DNA of 64,000 nt from Candidatus Poribacteria bacterium (lineage in GTDB: Bacteria > Poribacteria > WGA-4E > PCPOR2b). Positions 21,510 to 32,970 of this stretch are shown here, one piece after another (position 1 is the first letter of the stretch; every line of letters starts with the position of its first letter). The position numbers and the translations under genes are program-made. The notes under the pieces are model-generated. The model saw only the letters and a list, made by a program, of their open reading frames with translations. It was not told the origin of the DNA and made no database searches. Location of the stretch: assembly GCA_965208325.1 (NCBI GenBank), contig OZ242326.1:3808001-3872000 (forward strand), written 5' to 3'.

Positions 21510-22242
21510 TTAACTTTTCTACCATCAACCGGTTTTGTAACCGGATGAGTTTTTGAATGCCATCCGTGGCAAGATCCAACATCTGATTCGATTCTTCCCT
21601 AGAGAAAGGTGTTTCCTCTGCTGTTCCTTGGATTTCAACAAATTTCCCTTTCCCGGTCATGACAATGTTCATATCAACTGCAGCCATTGCGTCCTCGGTA
21701 TAACGAAGATCCAGCATCGGCGTGCCTTCAATAATTCCAACGCTAATTGCTGCCACATTTTCACGGATTGGAAGTGACTTTATCATTTTTCGATTTACCA
21801 GTTTCTGGCAAGCATCCCACAGCGCGATAAATGCGCCGGTAATTGAGGCGGTGCGCGTCCCGCCATCGGCTTGAATCACATCGCAATCAACCCAGATTGT
21901 GCGCTCGCCAAGTGCGCGCAAATCTACAACTGCTCGTAAGGAGCGTCCAATCAGCCGTTGAATCTCATGAGTACGCCCGCCAACCGATCCGCGGGTAACC
22001 TCACGCTGGGAACGGTCGGACGTCGAACGCGGCAGCATTGCATATTCTGCCGTGACCCAGCCTTTCCCCTGCATCTGCTGTTCGCGCATGAAGCGGGGTT
22101 GTCGTTCGTCCACCGACGCCGTGCAAATCACTTTCGTATCTCCAATCGATATTAAGACAGATCCTTCCGGATGTTTAATGTAATCACGATTTATGGTAAC
22201 AGGACGCATTTGATTGGGGCTGCGCGAATCTACTCTTGTCAT
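21484..22242 (-). CDS. rph: Ribonuclease PH
   Basis: [41 protein letters not shown]. Confidence 0.98.
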   Translation of the reverse strand: MTRVDSRSPNQMRPVTINRDYIKHPEGSVLISIGDTKVICTASVDERQPRFMREQQMQGKGWVTAEYAMLPRSTSDRSQREVTRGSVGGRTHEIQRLIGRSLRAVVDLRALGERTIWVDCDVIQADGGTRTASITGAFIALWDACQKLVNRKMIKSLPIRENVAAISVGIIEGTPMLDLRYTEDAMAAVDMNIVMTGKGKFVEIQGTAEETPFSREESNQMLDLATDGIQKLIRLQNRLMVEKLNEVSLGDP

Positions 22243-22556
22243 TTAAATCCCTCTTTCGAACTGGGAATTTTCAATCAACATTGCACAATTATTGTTGTAA
22301 GGGTGTTCGACCTGTTCACACTATTTCCTGTGCTTGCATGACAAAAAGAAAATACGGCGGTAGCAAACAAAGGTGGGATGAAACTGCAGTCGGTTGGCGG
22401 CGCGGCATTATGGACTAGTCTGCTTTCAGATTCGGTCAGTGCAGGACAGTTAAAGAACAACTGAATGGCAAAAATTCAATTTGTGTGTTGGCAGACTTTT
22501 GATGGTATGCAGGTGCGCGTCAACCCAATCGGCTCAATTTTGAAATCAAAATGATG

Positions 22557-25007
22557 CTATTTGAGCAAAATCATCCGCCTCAACGCGGTATAATCCCCGG
22601 CATCGAGTTGGTATGGATAGACGCCGCTAGTGACTATTTCCCCATTTTCATTGCGGCCGTCCCAATATACCGCCTTTTCTCGACTGTCGTATCTGCCCGA
22701 TATCTGGTGTCCAATTTCCATCGTACGCACTACACGTCCGCTTTGGTCATAAATGGTTAGCGTGACGAAGGCGTCTTCCAACAACTGGTACGGTATCCAT
22801 GTTTCAGGGTTGAATGGATTGGGATAATTTTGAAGCAAGGCGGTTTGCTTAATGTCGCCTAGCGTCGTCAGGCGCTGGCCCAATGGTTCAACGGAAACGC
22901 CTTCGGGAATAATGGCGGAAGGGAGTTCCCACAGGAATACTGTACCGTCGGAACTCCCACTTGCGAGTGTGTTGCCATCGGGACTGAAAGCGATACTACG
23001 CACTGCGCCCGCATGCCCCGTAAGTGTTGCTTTCTGCTCCCCTGTTCTTGCATCCCAAAGCCGCACTGTCGACTCGTCGGTGCTTGCAGTAGCGAGCGTG
23101 TTGCCGTCGGGACTGAACGCCACACTATAAACTGAAGTCGTGTGCTTCGAAAGTTTGACTTTCTGATTCCCTGTTCTTGCATCCCAAAGCCGAACCGACT
23201 CGTTCCAACTCCCTGTGGCGAGCGTGTTGCCGTCGGGACTGAAGGCAATGCTATAAATTGCGGACGTGTGGTTCGTAAACGTGCGCTTGAATTCGCCAGT
23301 TCTTGCATCCCAAAGCCGCACGGTTCGGTCTGTACTCCCCGTAGCGAGCGTGTTGCCGTCAGGACTGAACGCAATGCTATAAACTGAGGCCCTGTGACTC
23401 CTAAGTGTAGCTTTATGTTCCTTTGTGTTGACATTCCAAAGCCGCACCGTCGTGTCGGTACCCCCTGTAGCGAGCGTTTTGCCGTCGGGACTGAAGGCGA
23501 TGCTATTGACCGGGCCGGTATGTTCCGTGAGTGTGGCTATGTCATCCCCTGTTCTTGCATCCCAAAGCTTCACGGTACGGTCTGAACTCCCTGTAGCGAG
23601 AATGTTACCATCGGGACTGAACGCAACAATATAAACCGCGTAAGTGTCACCCTTGAATATGGTTTTGTGTTTCCCAGTTCTGACGTTCCACAGCCGCATG
23701 GAACGGCCCGAACTCCCGGTGGCGAGCGTGTTACCATCGGGGCTGAATGCAACGCTGTAGATTGGAGCAGTAAACCCCGTGATTGAAACTTTGTGCTGGC
23801 CGGTTCGTGCATCCCAAAGCCGCACAGTGCGGTCGGGACTCTCTGTAGCTAGAGTGTTGCCATTTGGATTGAACCTGACTCTATAGAACGGGCTGGTAAA
23901 CCCCGTGATTGTTGCTATGTGTTGTCCTGTGTTTACATTCCACAGCCGTGCGGTATCGTCGTTACTTTCAGTTGCGAGGGTATTGCCATCCGGACTGAAT
24001 TCTACGCGGCGGACTGTATGTTCATGTCCGGTCAGAGTTCCTACGTGCTGACCTGTGTTTACATTCCATAGCCGTGCGGTATCGTCCTTACTTGCCGTGG
24101 CTAGGGTGTTGCTATCGGGGCTGAACGCAACATCAAGGACCGAGTGTGCATGCCCCGTAAGCGTCGCTAAGTGTTGTCCTGTGTTTACATTCCACAGCCG
24201 TGCAGTATCGTCGTCACTTCCGGTTGCGAGAGTGTTGCCATCAGGGCTGAATGCCACGCTAAGGACTGGCTGTGCATGCCCCGTGAGCGTTGCTAAGTGT
24301 TGACCCGTGTTTACATTCCACAGCCGCACTGCGGGATCGGCACCCCTGGTAGCGACGGTATTGCCATTGCGGTTGAACGCGAAATATGCCCGGCCGGTAT
24401 GTCCCGCGAGAGTAGCAATGGGTTGTCTTGTGTTTACATTCCATAACCGCACTGTGCGATCTGAACTGCTAGTAACGAGGGAGTTCCCATTGGGACTAAA
24501 TGCAACAGACACTGCCTGGCTATGCCCTGTGAGAGTTGCAATGTGTTGTCCTGTTTTTGCGTCCCACAGCCGCGCTGTATTATCCCTGCTTCCTGTAGCC
24601 AGCGTATTGCCATCAGGGCTGAATGCGGCATTGAAGACCCAACCCGTATGTCCCGCGAGAGTAGCAATGTGTTGCCCTGTGTTGGCATTCCACAACCGGG
24701 CTGTTTTGTCCCAACTCGCACTAGCAACAGTGTTGCCATCGGGACTGAACGCTGCACCAAAAACTCTAGATTTATGCCCAGTGAGGAGAGCGGTCTCTTG
24801 ATACGTTGCCGTATCGTAGAGCCATATTCCATGGCCGCTAACAACCGCAAGCCGGGTTCCATCTGGAGAATACGAGAAATTAGAAATCCACCCTTTTCCG
24901 AGGCGTGCTTTGGCACCTTCAGGCAAGTTCAATTGCTGGAAACCTTGGGCGGAGGCATTCGTTGAAAACAGGGTTATAGCAATAAACAACGTCAAGGTGC
25001 TTTTCAT
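22557..25007 (-). CDS. Secreted WD40-repeat protein with C-terminal FlgD-Ig/T9SS-type-A-like domain
   Basis: Signal peptide; about 15 repeats of ~42 aa (VAFSPDGNTLATGSxDxTVRLW); LLQNYPNPFNPETWIPYQL...YWDGRN...SGVY. Confidence 0.9.
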   Translation of the reverse strand: MKSTLTLFIAITLFSTNASAQGFQQLNLPEGAKARLGKGWISNFSYSPDGTRLAVVSGHGIWLYDTATYQETALLTGHKSRVFGAAFSPDGNTVASASWDKTARLWNANTGQHIATLAGHTGWVFNAAFSPDGNTLATGSRDNTARLWDAKTGQHIATLTGHSQAVSVAFSPNGNSLVTSSSDRTVRLWNVNTRQPIATLAGHTGRAYFAFNRNGNTVATRGADPAVRLWNVNTGQHLATLTGHAQPVLSVAFSPDGNTLATGSDDDTARLWNVNTGQHLATLTGHAHSVLDVAFSPDSNTLATASKDDTARLWNVNTGQHVGTLTGHEHTVRRVEFSPDGNTLATESNDDTARLWNVNTGQHIATITGFTSPFYRVRFNPNGNTLATESPDRTVRLWDARTGQHKVSITGFTAPIYSVAFSPDGNTLATGSSGRSMRLWNVRTGKHKTIFKGDTYAVYIVAFSPDGNILATGSSDRTVKLWDARTGDDIATLTEHTGPVNSIAFSPDGKTLATGGTDTTVRLWNVNTKEHKATLRSHRASVYSIAFSPDGNTLATGSTDRTVRLWDARTGEFKRTFTNHTSAIYSIAFSPDGNTLATGSWNESVRLWDARTGNQKVKLSKHTTSVYSVAFSPDGNTLATASTDESTVRLWDARTGEQKATLTGHAGAVRSIAFSPDGNTLASGSSDGTVFLWELPSAIIPEGVSVEPLGQRLTTLGDIKQTALLQNYPNPFNPETWIPYQLLEDAFVTLTIYDQSGRVVRTMEIGHQISGRYDSREKAVYWDGRNENGEIVTSGVYPYQLDAGDYTALRRMILLK

Positions 25008-25316
25008 GGACAGTTCTCCTATTTGGGAAGTCGGCTGCCATCAGTTGCATGTAGACTTTCTGCAGAAAAATCCGCAAAGACAGTTGGAAATGAAAATCCT
25101 ACCTCGACATAACCTCCCTAATATAACCCTCCAATATTGCGGTGTGTGATGCATTGCAGGATTAAAAACGGGCGCTGACTTTGTGATTCAGCGCAAACGG
25201 GAATTGCTATGGGCGGCTGTAATCTACCAACCCACAAAAAAACTTGTCACAAAATTTCAAAGAGTAACGTACAATTCTCCCGTTTCTCGGAGATAACCAA
25301 TGTAGCAAACCCCCAA

Positions 25317-25958
25317 TTACCGGCTTCTAACCATAACTTGGGAGGCGTGAGTTGCGGAGAGGTATTTTGACAAAACGGAACGCACCTTTACGTCTGTATA
25401 CGCTAACCCCGGTGCAACTAGTAAACATTTACCAGATGCCCACTTACTTTCGAAATCAGAATAGTCTTCCCGCCTTAGCCTGAGACGCTTTGGATCCGTT
25501 GTGCCTGAGGGCGCGTTTGCTATATTTGTCAGTTGAATCTCCTCAACACCATCGTCGTAACCAACAAGTACCCACGGCTGTCGTTCACTTCGTAACAACA
25601 CCACCGGTGTCCAGTCAGCCGCAACAAAGCCCTTCAAAATATCCAAATCGCAATTGGATACCAGACTCAGGTTATCAACTTGCCTTTTTGCCCTTGCAAA
25701 GAGATCGTCAATGCGGGAAGTGGCAGGTGGGTTCCTGAATACAGTTTTTAACAACGGCATCCGAACAAGTTCCACTACTGCCGTCCGAGGCAATGATGTA
25801 CTTGACGCCGTCTGTGAACTTTTTGATGCGGAGGTTTTCGGCGCCGTAGGCGATGCGGTCGGAACATACCGGGCGTCTTTCTGCGGTGCTGGGCCGCACC
25901 CGGCTAGCAAGATACTTAACGCAAGAATTGACGTAAGGTAAACAATTTGAATTTTCAT
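25317..25958 (-). CDS. Hypothetical lipoprotein, possibly degenerate C39-like fold
   Basis: LLAGC lipobox, S/T-rich linker, WTPVVLL...WVLVGYDD; start ATG 25958 behind GGGAGAG. Confidence 0.6.
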   Translation of the reverse strand: MKIQIVYLTSILALSILLAGCGPAPQKDARYVPTASPTAPKTSASKSSQTASSTSLPRTAVVELVRMPLLKTVFRNPPATSRIDDLFARAKRQVDNLSLVSNCDLDILKGFVAADWTPVVLLRSERQPWVLVGYDDGVEEIQLTNIANAPSGTTDPKRLRLRREDYSDFESKWASGKCLLVAPGLAYTDVKVRSVLSKYLSATHASQVMVRSR

Positions 25959-26585
25959 GATTCTCTCCCCTCGGTATTGGTTGCCCGGCATCGCCGCGAT
26001 TGAGAATAATACGCAGCAAGCCGGTGCGTGAACTTTTCAATTTGCACAATTCACTTTCCGATTGGTTTTCCACGCTGGTGGGGTAAAACCGCCAACTCTT
26101 CCCCCATATTCCAATGCTGGATTTGCCGCCAACATGCAGTGGAAAACGTGTACAGAGCAACATGAAACAGACAAAGCGGTTTTGGCGACGTGTCATCGTT
26201 TACAATAGATGGCCATGCCGTAAAATCGAAACCAACCTAGTCGCCGTGCTTCACGCTAAAATTTCTAAGCTTCATTAGGGTTCTATCAACTTTCGGCTTC
26301 CCAAGAATGATGACCCTCCCAATAAATATATCACCCTGTGGATGACGATGTCAACCCAAAACCCGACGCCGATGTGGGTTAGGATCGTTTTCTGTGATAC
26401 CATTGAATATTCGGTGTCCTGAATTGTCGACGCATCCAGTATTCTAAGGATCAAACCCTAACAAATCTTCGGCTGACCGTCATGACAATAGTGGGTCTTT
26501 TTCACGAAGATATGCGAATTTAATTGGAACTGTCGGGGTGGATAATACAAAGTTTAAATTCAATCTGGTGGGATGTGTGGTGAAT

Positions 26586-27734
26586 TCATTCAGGGTCTTC
26601 GACATAAACACGACGCACGCGGTTGCCAATTCCCGTAAAAATCTCATAAGCAATTGTCCCTGCCCGCACGGCGACTTGGTCGGCGGTTATCTCTTCAGTC
26701 CCTTGCATTCCAATCAGAACCGCTTCATCTCCGATAGACACATTACCGGGGGAATCAATTTCAAACACGGTTTCATCCATGCAGATTTCCCCCGCACTTC
26801 GTCTGCGGATGCCGCCGATTAGGGCTTCTCCTTGGTTGGACAATGACCGCGTATACCCATCGGCGTATCCAACTCGTAAAGTCGCCAGCCGCATCGGCCG
26901 GTTGGTTTTGTAAGTACGTCCATAGCCTACACTTTCACCTGGGCCCGCCTCATGCACGTAGATGACACGCGACTTCCAGCTAAGCGACGGTCTCAGGCGA
27001 GTCGCGCGCGGCGCACCTGTAGCGCTGTGGTCAGGTATGGGATGAATTCCAAATAAACTCAAACCGACGCGCACAGCGTCGAAATGAGCTTCTGGAAGCG
27101 TGAGTGTAGCCGCGCTGTTGGCGGTATGTACCATCGGCGGACGAAGATTGAGCTGAGAGAGTTCGGAAATCACTGACTTAAAGCGGTCCAATTGCGAGTG
27201 TGCGTAGCTTTTGTCCGTTTCGCCGGCTGTCGCAAAGTGTGTGAAGAGTCCCTCAACCACAATGCCGCATAGCGATGTTATCCATTGGACAAAACGGGCG
27301 GCGTCCGTATATCGTACCCCGCCGCGATTCATGCCCGTGTCCACATCGACATGCACCCTAACGTTCTGGTTCAATGTTCGTGCAACATAAGACAATTTTT
27401 TGCAAAGAGTAGATTCACACACGGAAGGCACAAGTTGATATCGGACAATTTCTTCAGCTTCATCGGCGGCAGCGTTGAAAAGAACGAGTATCGGTTTCTC
27501 AATGCCGGCATCACGCAACTCAATCGCCTCTTCAACCGTTGCAACGGCAAACATCTCTGTTACGTCCCGTAACGTTTGAGCAACAGGAATTGCACCGTGT
27601 CCATATGCATCCGCTTTGAGCACGGCAATTAAGTTTACCGGGCAAAAATTTTCGCCGCTGCGCCGGATGAATTTTTGAATTGCCCGCGCATTCGATTTAA
27701 TCGCTGTGAGATTTACTTCAGCCCATGTTGTCAT
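26586..27734 (-). CDS. alr: Alanine racemase
   Basis: AVLKADAYGHG, DTGMNRGG, THFATA, VGYADGY, ICMD, TIAYE. Confidence 0.97.
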   Translation of the reverse strand: MTTWAEVNLTAIKSNARAIQKFIRRSGENFCPVNLIAVLKADAYGHGAIPVAQTLRDVTEMFAVATVEEAIELRDAGIEKPILVLFNAAADEAEEIVRYQLVPSVCESTLCKKLSYVARTLNQNVRVHVDVDTGMNRGGVRYTDAARFVQWITSLCGIVVEGLFTHFATAGETDKSYAHSQLDRFKSVISELSQLNLRPPMVHTANSAATLTLPEAHFDAVRVGLSLFGIHPIPDHSATGAPRATRLRPSLSWKSRVIYVHEAGPGESVGYGRTYKTNRPMRLATLRVGYADGYTRSLSNQGEALIGGIRRRSAGEICMDETVFEIDSPGNVSIGDEAVLIGMQGTEEITADQVAVRAGTIAYEIFTGIGNRVRRVYVEDPE

Positions 27735-28208
27735 TGGCGGGAATTCAAATTCGCAATCAAAGGGTGGAGTGTGGACGATTGTGGTCGCAGTGGCCTCGCT
27801 CGCTATTGTGGCGCGCAGTGCAAGTCTATCACGCGCCGACGGAACCGGTCAACCGTTTATTCAATGTGTAACTAGTTTACGCGCCGGACGGCAACTCTCC
27901 TAAATGCCGGTTACAGCGGCAACTGTTGATACTCGTAACAGGCCGTCAACTTCACCCGTGTTTCAAATTATAAAACCTGTTTCAATAGGTACGTCAAATC
28001 TTTCCCACAATTCCAAGGAATCCCTTTATGGTTTTTCATTGAATCCTCATACAATTTTACATACAATCATAACGAACGAATTTTCTAAGAGAATTTGCAG
28101 AAATAGGCTTTAATTTTTAAACTGCGTGGTTTACAGTTCCGGCGCAGTCGTCAATGGTTATCCGCGCCGCGATAAATTACAACTTACCGGCTTCACGGGA
28201 ATTTCATT

Positions 28209-29042
28209 ATGTCGCTATTTCTAATCTCCGTCTGTATTATTTTCCTCGGTTGCCAGCCCGCTGATGAAGGTACACAGAATATAGAGAAACTGAAGCGTGA
28301 GGCGGTACAGATTCAGTTAGGGCTGAAACTTACGCCGGAAGATGTACACGGGCACCTTCAGCTCGGTGCTGTCTATCACAAGATGGGCGAACACGAGAAA
28401 GCCATTGAGGAATACCAAAACGCGCTGCGGTTTGACGAGCAGAACGCGCAAGCCCAGAATAATTTAGCCTTGGTTTACATGGACATGTCCTTGACAGAGG
28501 CTGCTATCGAAGCATTTCGGAAAGCTATCGAATTGGAGGGGGATAACCCCGCATTTTACAACAACCTCGGTTACGCTCATGATGCCGACAATCGCTTTGA
28601 AATGGCGGTTGAGGCGTATAAAATGGCAATCGAGTTGGAACCGAAATTCCAAGATGCCTATTATAACCTAGCATGGGCTTACCACGCCGAAGCGCAATTT
28701 GACGAGGCAATAAGATATTATCAAGGCGCAATCAAGTTGGACACGGGTGATTCGGATGCTCGCTACAATCTCGCTGAAATTTACCACGAAACCGGACAAC
28801 TGAATTTGGCAATGCGTGAGTATGAGCACGCGTTGTCGTTCAGTCCTGATGATCCGGAAATCCATTATCAACTGGCGGCGGTGTATCAGAAAAATGGTGA
28901 CATCCCGAAAATGAAAGAATATTTGAATCTTTTTTTAGAATATACTGTAGGAATGCCGAAATATGAAGAAAAAATCCAGAACGCTATACAGATGAAAGAA
29001 GCACTAGAGGCAGATAACACCGAAATACAAGTCAATGAGTAA
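28209..29042 (+). CDS. TPR-repeat lipoprotein
   Basis: FLGC lipobox; about six TPR units (YNNLG, YYNLA). Confidence 0.88.
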   Translation: MSLFLISVCIIFLGCQPADEGTQNIEKLKREAVQIQLGLKLTPEDVHGHLQLGAVYHKMGEHEKAIEEYQNALRFDEQNAQAQNNLALVYMDMSLTEAAIEAFRKAIELEGDNPAFYNNLGYAHDADNRFEMAVEAYKMAIELEPKFQDAYYNLAWAYHAEAQFDEAIRYYQGAIKLDTGDSDARYNLAEIYHETGQLNLAMREYEHALSFSPDDPEIHYQLAAVYQKNGDIPKMKEYLNLFLEYTVGMPKYEEKIQNAIQMKEALEADNTEIQVNE

Positions 29043-29087
29043 TTCGAGATTTTTCAATCAGCGTTTCGAATTTTAGAAGGCGGGAGG

Positions 29088-29116
29088 TTGACAGGAATTC
29101 AACCCCGTGATATAAT
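29088..29116 (+). promoter_or_regulatory. Consensus sigma70 promoter of the purF-purM cluster
   Basis: TTGACA-17 bp-TATAAT with TGn. Confidence 0.8.
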
Positions 29117-29186
29117 TTTCTTGTCAATTTGGAATATCCTTCGACGGTTAGCCGATGAAGTCATCTTTCAAATTACGTGAGGTGAT

Positions 29187-29711
29187 ATGTCTCAAAAAAA
29201 ACCTATCTTTCTGACCATAAGCCAAATTGTGTTGGGTAGTGCCATCGGTTTAGCAAGCGGTTGGGTCTGCCGATTCATTGTAGAATCATTAATCTGGGAA
29301 GGGCTGATTCGCGATGGCGTGCAGCACGGTTTCTGGGTCGGGTTGCTCCTGCTAATCTCCTTTGGGCTTACTTATGGGTCCACTATCGCCGGGGTGACTG
29401 AAGGTGTTCGTATAGCCGGCCGCTGGTTTGATGTTCTCATAGATCGCAAAAACGCATATCAAGGGGCGTTTCTCGGGGCGCCTGCAATCGTGGCGTTAAT
29501 GTTGTTGCTTGATATCCATTGGGATATGTTAATCGCTCCAAATTTCCTTGTCTCCCTCCTTTTCGCTGTGGCAAGGGTACTTGTGTTCATAATATCCCTT
29601 CCGATTTACGTATTGCTCGAATGGGTGAAATGTCCCCCGGAACTGCTTTACATCTTGGCGCCGCCAATTGGGGCAATTCTAGGTTACCGTCTCGATTGGA
29701 AACGCACATAA
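29187..29711 (+). CDS. Hypothetical membrane protein
   Basis: Several hydrophobic helices; GAGGTG RBS. Confidence 0.75.
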   Translation: MSQKKPIFLTISQIVLGSAIGLASGWVCRFIVESLIWEGLIRDGVQHGFWVGLLLLISFGLTYGSTIAGVTEGVRIAGRWFDVLIDRKNAYQGAFLGAPAIVALMLLLDIHWDMLIAPNFLVSLLFAVARVLVFIISLPIYVLLEWVKCPPELLYILAPPIGAILGYRLDWKRT

Positions 29712-29805
29712 ACAACGATGTTAATAGCAGAACCAACATAAACTATTCGGTTTGGTTACGATTCAATATTTGAGTCCCCGTTATGGGGCTGGAGTATGCC
29801 AAAGT

Positions 29806-31287
29806 ATGCAACATTTGGACGCCTTTGATGAAGATAAGGCAAGGGATGAGTGTGGCATTTTTGGAATTTTTGGGCATCCTAAAGCGGCCGAATTAACCTA
29901 TTTGGGATTACGCGCCCTTCAACATCGCGGGCAGGAAAGCTCCGGAATTGTCACTTCAGACGATTACTCGTTCTCTTCTTACCGTAACATGGGGCTCGTT
30001 GAGAACGTCTTTGATGCCGAGACGTTGGCGAAGTTGACTGGACACATCGCTGTCGGGCACAACCGCTATTCAACCGCGGGCGCAAGCCATCTTGGAAACA
30101 CACAACCCCTCACCTGCGAATATAAGCATGGCCCCCTTGCAATTTCACACAATGGCAACCTCGTAAACGCACAGAGGATACGCAAAGAACTGGAAAACCG
30201 CGGCGCAATCTTCAGTTCAACTTCCGACACGGAAGTAATTGCTCACCTCATCGCCCGATCGGAACAAAGCACGTTGCAAGACCGCATCCTAGATGCGATT
30301 GGAGGGATCGATGGCGCATATTCGCTCGCCTTTATGGGGAAATCCAGCCTCATCGGCGTTCGAGATCCCTACGGCTTTCGCCCGCTGTGGTTGGGGCGCA
30401 TAGACGATGCGTATATCCTCTCTTCCGAAACTTGCGCCTTTGATGTTATTGAAGCTGAACCAGTCCGTGAGCTTATCCCCGGCGAGATGCTTGTCATCAC
30501 GGCGACAAATCGGGAACCCCAATCGTTCCATTTTGGACAGGATTTAAATAATCTGTCACAATGTATCTTTGAATATATTTACCTCTCGCGTCCCGACAGT
30601 GTCGTATTCGGTGAGCTTGTTAACCGTCCGCGGCGTGAGTTGGGGAGACAACTTGCGCGTGAATGCCCCGCGGAAGCAGACATCGTAATCGGTGTGCCGG
30701 ATTCAGCGACGCTCGCCGCGCTCGGGTACTCGGAGGAATCGGGAATTCCGTTTGATGTAGGCCTGCATCGAAACTCTTATGTCGGACGCGCGTTTATGAA
30801 TCCCTCTCAAGATATCCGTGAGCTTATGGTCAAAGTGAAACTCAATCCGATTCGAGATGTACTCCAAGGAAAACGGATTGTGGTGGTTGATGATTCAATC
30901 ATGCGCGGTACCGAGAGTCGCAAATTTGTCAAACTAATCCGCCAAGGGGGGGCAGCTGAAGTTCACGTTCGTATATCCTCCCCGCCAAATAAATTCCCAT
31001 GTTTCTACGGCGTCGATACACCTACCCGAGGGGAACTCATCGCAAGCTCACACACCATTGATGATATTCGAAAATATATCCGCGCCGACAGCTTGGGATA
31101 CCTCAGCATTGAAGGAATGCTCAAGTGTGTGAAATCGCCTCAAGATTTTTGCACGGCCTGTTTTGATGGAAGCTATCCAGTGGAATTCGGCGAACAACCG
31201 ACTAAACAACTGCCCATTGATTTTGCCAGTGTAAAAGCCTCAAATCAACTCAGTCTTGCGCACAAACCAACCGCACAGAATCAGTAG
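29806..31287 (+). CDS. purF: Amidophosphoribosyltransferase
   Basis: DECGIFG, LQHRGQES, GHNRYST, HNGNLVN, VVVDDSIMRG; start uncertain. Confidence 0.97.
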   Translation: MQHLDAFDEDKARDECGIFGIFGHPKAAELTYLGLRALQHRGQESSGIVTSDDYSFSSYRNMGLVENVFDAETLAKLTGHIAVGHNRYSTAGASHLGNTQPLTCEYKHGPLAISHNGNLVNAQRIRKELENRGAIFSSTSDTEVIAHLIARSEQSTLQDRILDAIGGIDGAYSLAFMGKSSLIGVRDPYGFRPLWLGRIDDAYILSSETCAFDVIEAEPVRELIPGEMLVITATNREPQSFHFGQDLNNLSQCIFEYIYLSRPDSVVFGELVNRPRRELGRQLARECPAEADIVIGVPDSATLAALGYSEESGIPFDVGLHRNSYVGRAFMNPSQDIRELMVKVKLNPIRDVLQGKRIVVVDDSIMRGTESRKFVKLIRQGGAAEVHVRISSPPNKFPCFYGVDTPTRGELIASSHTIDDIRKYIRADSLGYLSIEGMLKCVKSPQDFCTACFDGSYPVEFGEQPTKQLPIDFASVKASNQLSLAHKPTAQNQ

Positions 31288-31358
31288 AATCATATGAGGT
31301 ATTGAGTCTCAACAATCTCGCGAGCAGTGCTTAAAGCCGAGTTCCCGCATGGAAATCC

Positions 31359-31946
31359 TTGATGCAAGACAGGCGTAGATCGAGAAAAAACCAAGCCGGT
31401 TTGTCCCTTCCGCTACACGCGATGTTCGTTAAGAATGTGTCCACTTTCCAGGGAAAGTATACACTCTATGCGGTTGTCATCTGCGCATTCATCGGTATAA
31501 TCTCGCACAAACCTGTAATTTTCCTAATTCAACATTTCAATCCGCCCGCCGCGCTGTTTAGCTTGAATCTAAAATTTCAAAGTGAATTGAACAATGGCGC
31601 GGAGATTAAGAATTTACGGTCGGAATTTAGGAAAAACCGGATTTTGCTGTCCCATAACGCCTCCGCTTCGACAAAGAAGAAAGATAAATCGTGGGTCATC
31701 GCCGACCCTCAGAATAAGCGGAAATACATAGTAAGGAAAGCGGAGAAATTGGACATCTACGCTGCCGCGCCCACCCGCGATGTCGCAAACCTGGCAAGCG
31801 CCATTTCGTTTGGAGTATGCGCAGTGCTTTTGATTGCCTCGCTGCTAAAAATGCAGTCGATCGCTTCAGCGATTGAAGAACGGCGCCTCGTAGCATTTAA
31901 TCGGCGATTGAAAAATCGAAAGAAATCGGATATTTCAGATGGCTAA
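31359..31946 (+). CDS. Hypothetical two-TM protein
   Basis: Two hydrophobic helices around a basic soluble loop; overlaps the purM start. Confidence 0.6.
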   Translation: MMQDRRRSRKNQAGLSLPLHAMFVKNVSTFQGKYTLYAVVICAFIGIISHKPVIFLIQHFNPPAALFSLNLKFQSELNNGAEIKNLRSEFRKNRILLSHNASASTKKKDKSWVIADPQNKRKYIVRKAEKLDIYAAAPTRDVANLASAISFGVCAVLLIASLLKMQSIASAIEERRLVAFNRRLKNRKKSDISDG

Positions 31947-32970
31947 ACAGCGATTGACCTATGCCGACGCGGGGGTTTCATTTGAGGCAAAAGCAGAAGC
32001 GTTCAATCGTCTGAAAACACTTTGCCGTTCAACCTACCGTCCTGAAGTTTTGAGCGAAATTGGGAGTTTTGGGGGGCTTTTCGCGCTCGCCGAATTTGAC
32101 AAGCCAGTGCTTGTGTCTAGCACTGATAGTGTTGGCACAAAACTCAAAATCGCTTTTATGATGGATATGCACGATACGGTGGGGTACGATATTGTGGCGC
32201 ACTGTGCCAACGATGTCCTCGTACAAGGCGCTGAGCCGCTCTTTTTTCTGGACTATATCGGCACCAGCACGCTCCGTCCTACAGTCGTTGAGCAAGTCGT
32301 AAAGGGAATCGCAAAAGGTTGCCGAGAAACCGGTTGCGCGCTGATTGGCGGAGAGACGGCAGAGTTGCCGGATTTCTACGCTGACGGTGAATACGATCTC
32401 GTCGGCACAATAGTGGGCGTCGTTGAGCGTTCCAAATTGATTACGGGTAGCGAGATTCAACCGGGCGATTGCTTAATCGGTTTGAAATCACTCGGATTGC
32501 ACACCAATGGGTTTTCACTGGTTCGCCATATCCTGTTCAATGTTTGCGGGTATGACCTCGATCAATACATCCCCGACCTCGGCGTGGCACTCGGTGAAGA
32601 ACTGCTCAAGCATCATAAAAGCTATGTGAAACCGGTTCTGAATCTGCGGAAGAAGTGGAATGTCAAAGGCATCGCGCACATTACCGGCGGCGGGTTATCC
32701 GATAACATCTCACGTATACTACCAAAAAACTGTCGTGCTGAAATCCGCAAGGGATCGTGGGAAATCCCGCCAATCTTCTCCTTTCTCCAAGAATGCGGAA
32801 AGGTTGAGGAAACTGAGATGTACCACGTTTTCAATATGGGCATCGGATTGGTGTTGGTAATTCCGCTCGAGCAAGTTGATGCGGCGCTCGACGCGCTCAA
32901 GGATATGAGTGCGTCGCCGTTTCTTATCGGCAAAATCCTTCATGGAGAAAAGGAGGTACACATTGTCTGA
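31939..32970 (+). CDS. purM: AIR synthase
   Basis: YADAGV, TDSVGTK, GGETAELP, GLHTNGFSL, HITGGG, FNMGIG. Confidence 0.98.
   Translation: MAKQRLTYADAGVSFEAKAEAFNRLKTLCRSTYRPEVLSEIGSFGGLFALAEFDKPVLVSSTDSVGTKLKIAFMMDMHDTVGYDIVAHCANDVLVQGAEPLFFLDYIGTSTLRPTVVEQVVKGIAKGCRETGCALIGGETAELPDFYADGEYDLVGTIVGVVERSKLITGSEIQPGDCLIGLKSLGLHTNGFSLVRHILFNVCGYDLDQYIPDLGVALGEELLKHHKSYVKPVLNLRKKWNVKGIAHITGGGLSDNISRILPKNCRAEIRKGSWEIPPIFSFLQECGKVEETEMYHVFNMGIGLVLVIPLEQVDAALDALKDMSASPFLIGKILHGEKEVHIV

Noticed and set aside
22852..24965. Multiple alternative-frame ORFs over the WD40 gene
   Set aside because: Shadow ORFs produced by the repetitive coding sequence.
25708..26196. 162-aa minus-strand ORF
   Set aside because: Overlaps the lipoprotein gene in another frame and has no recognisable motifs.
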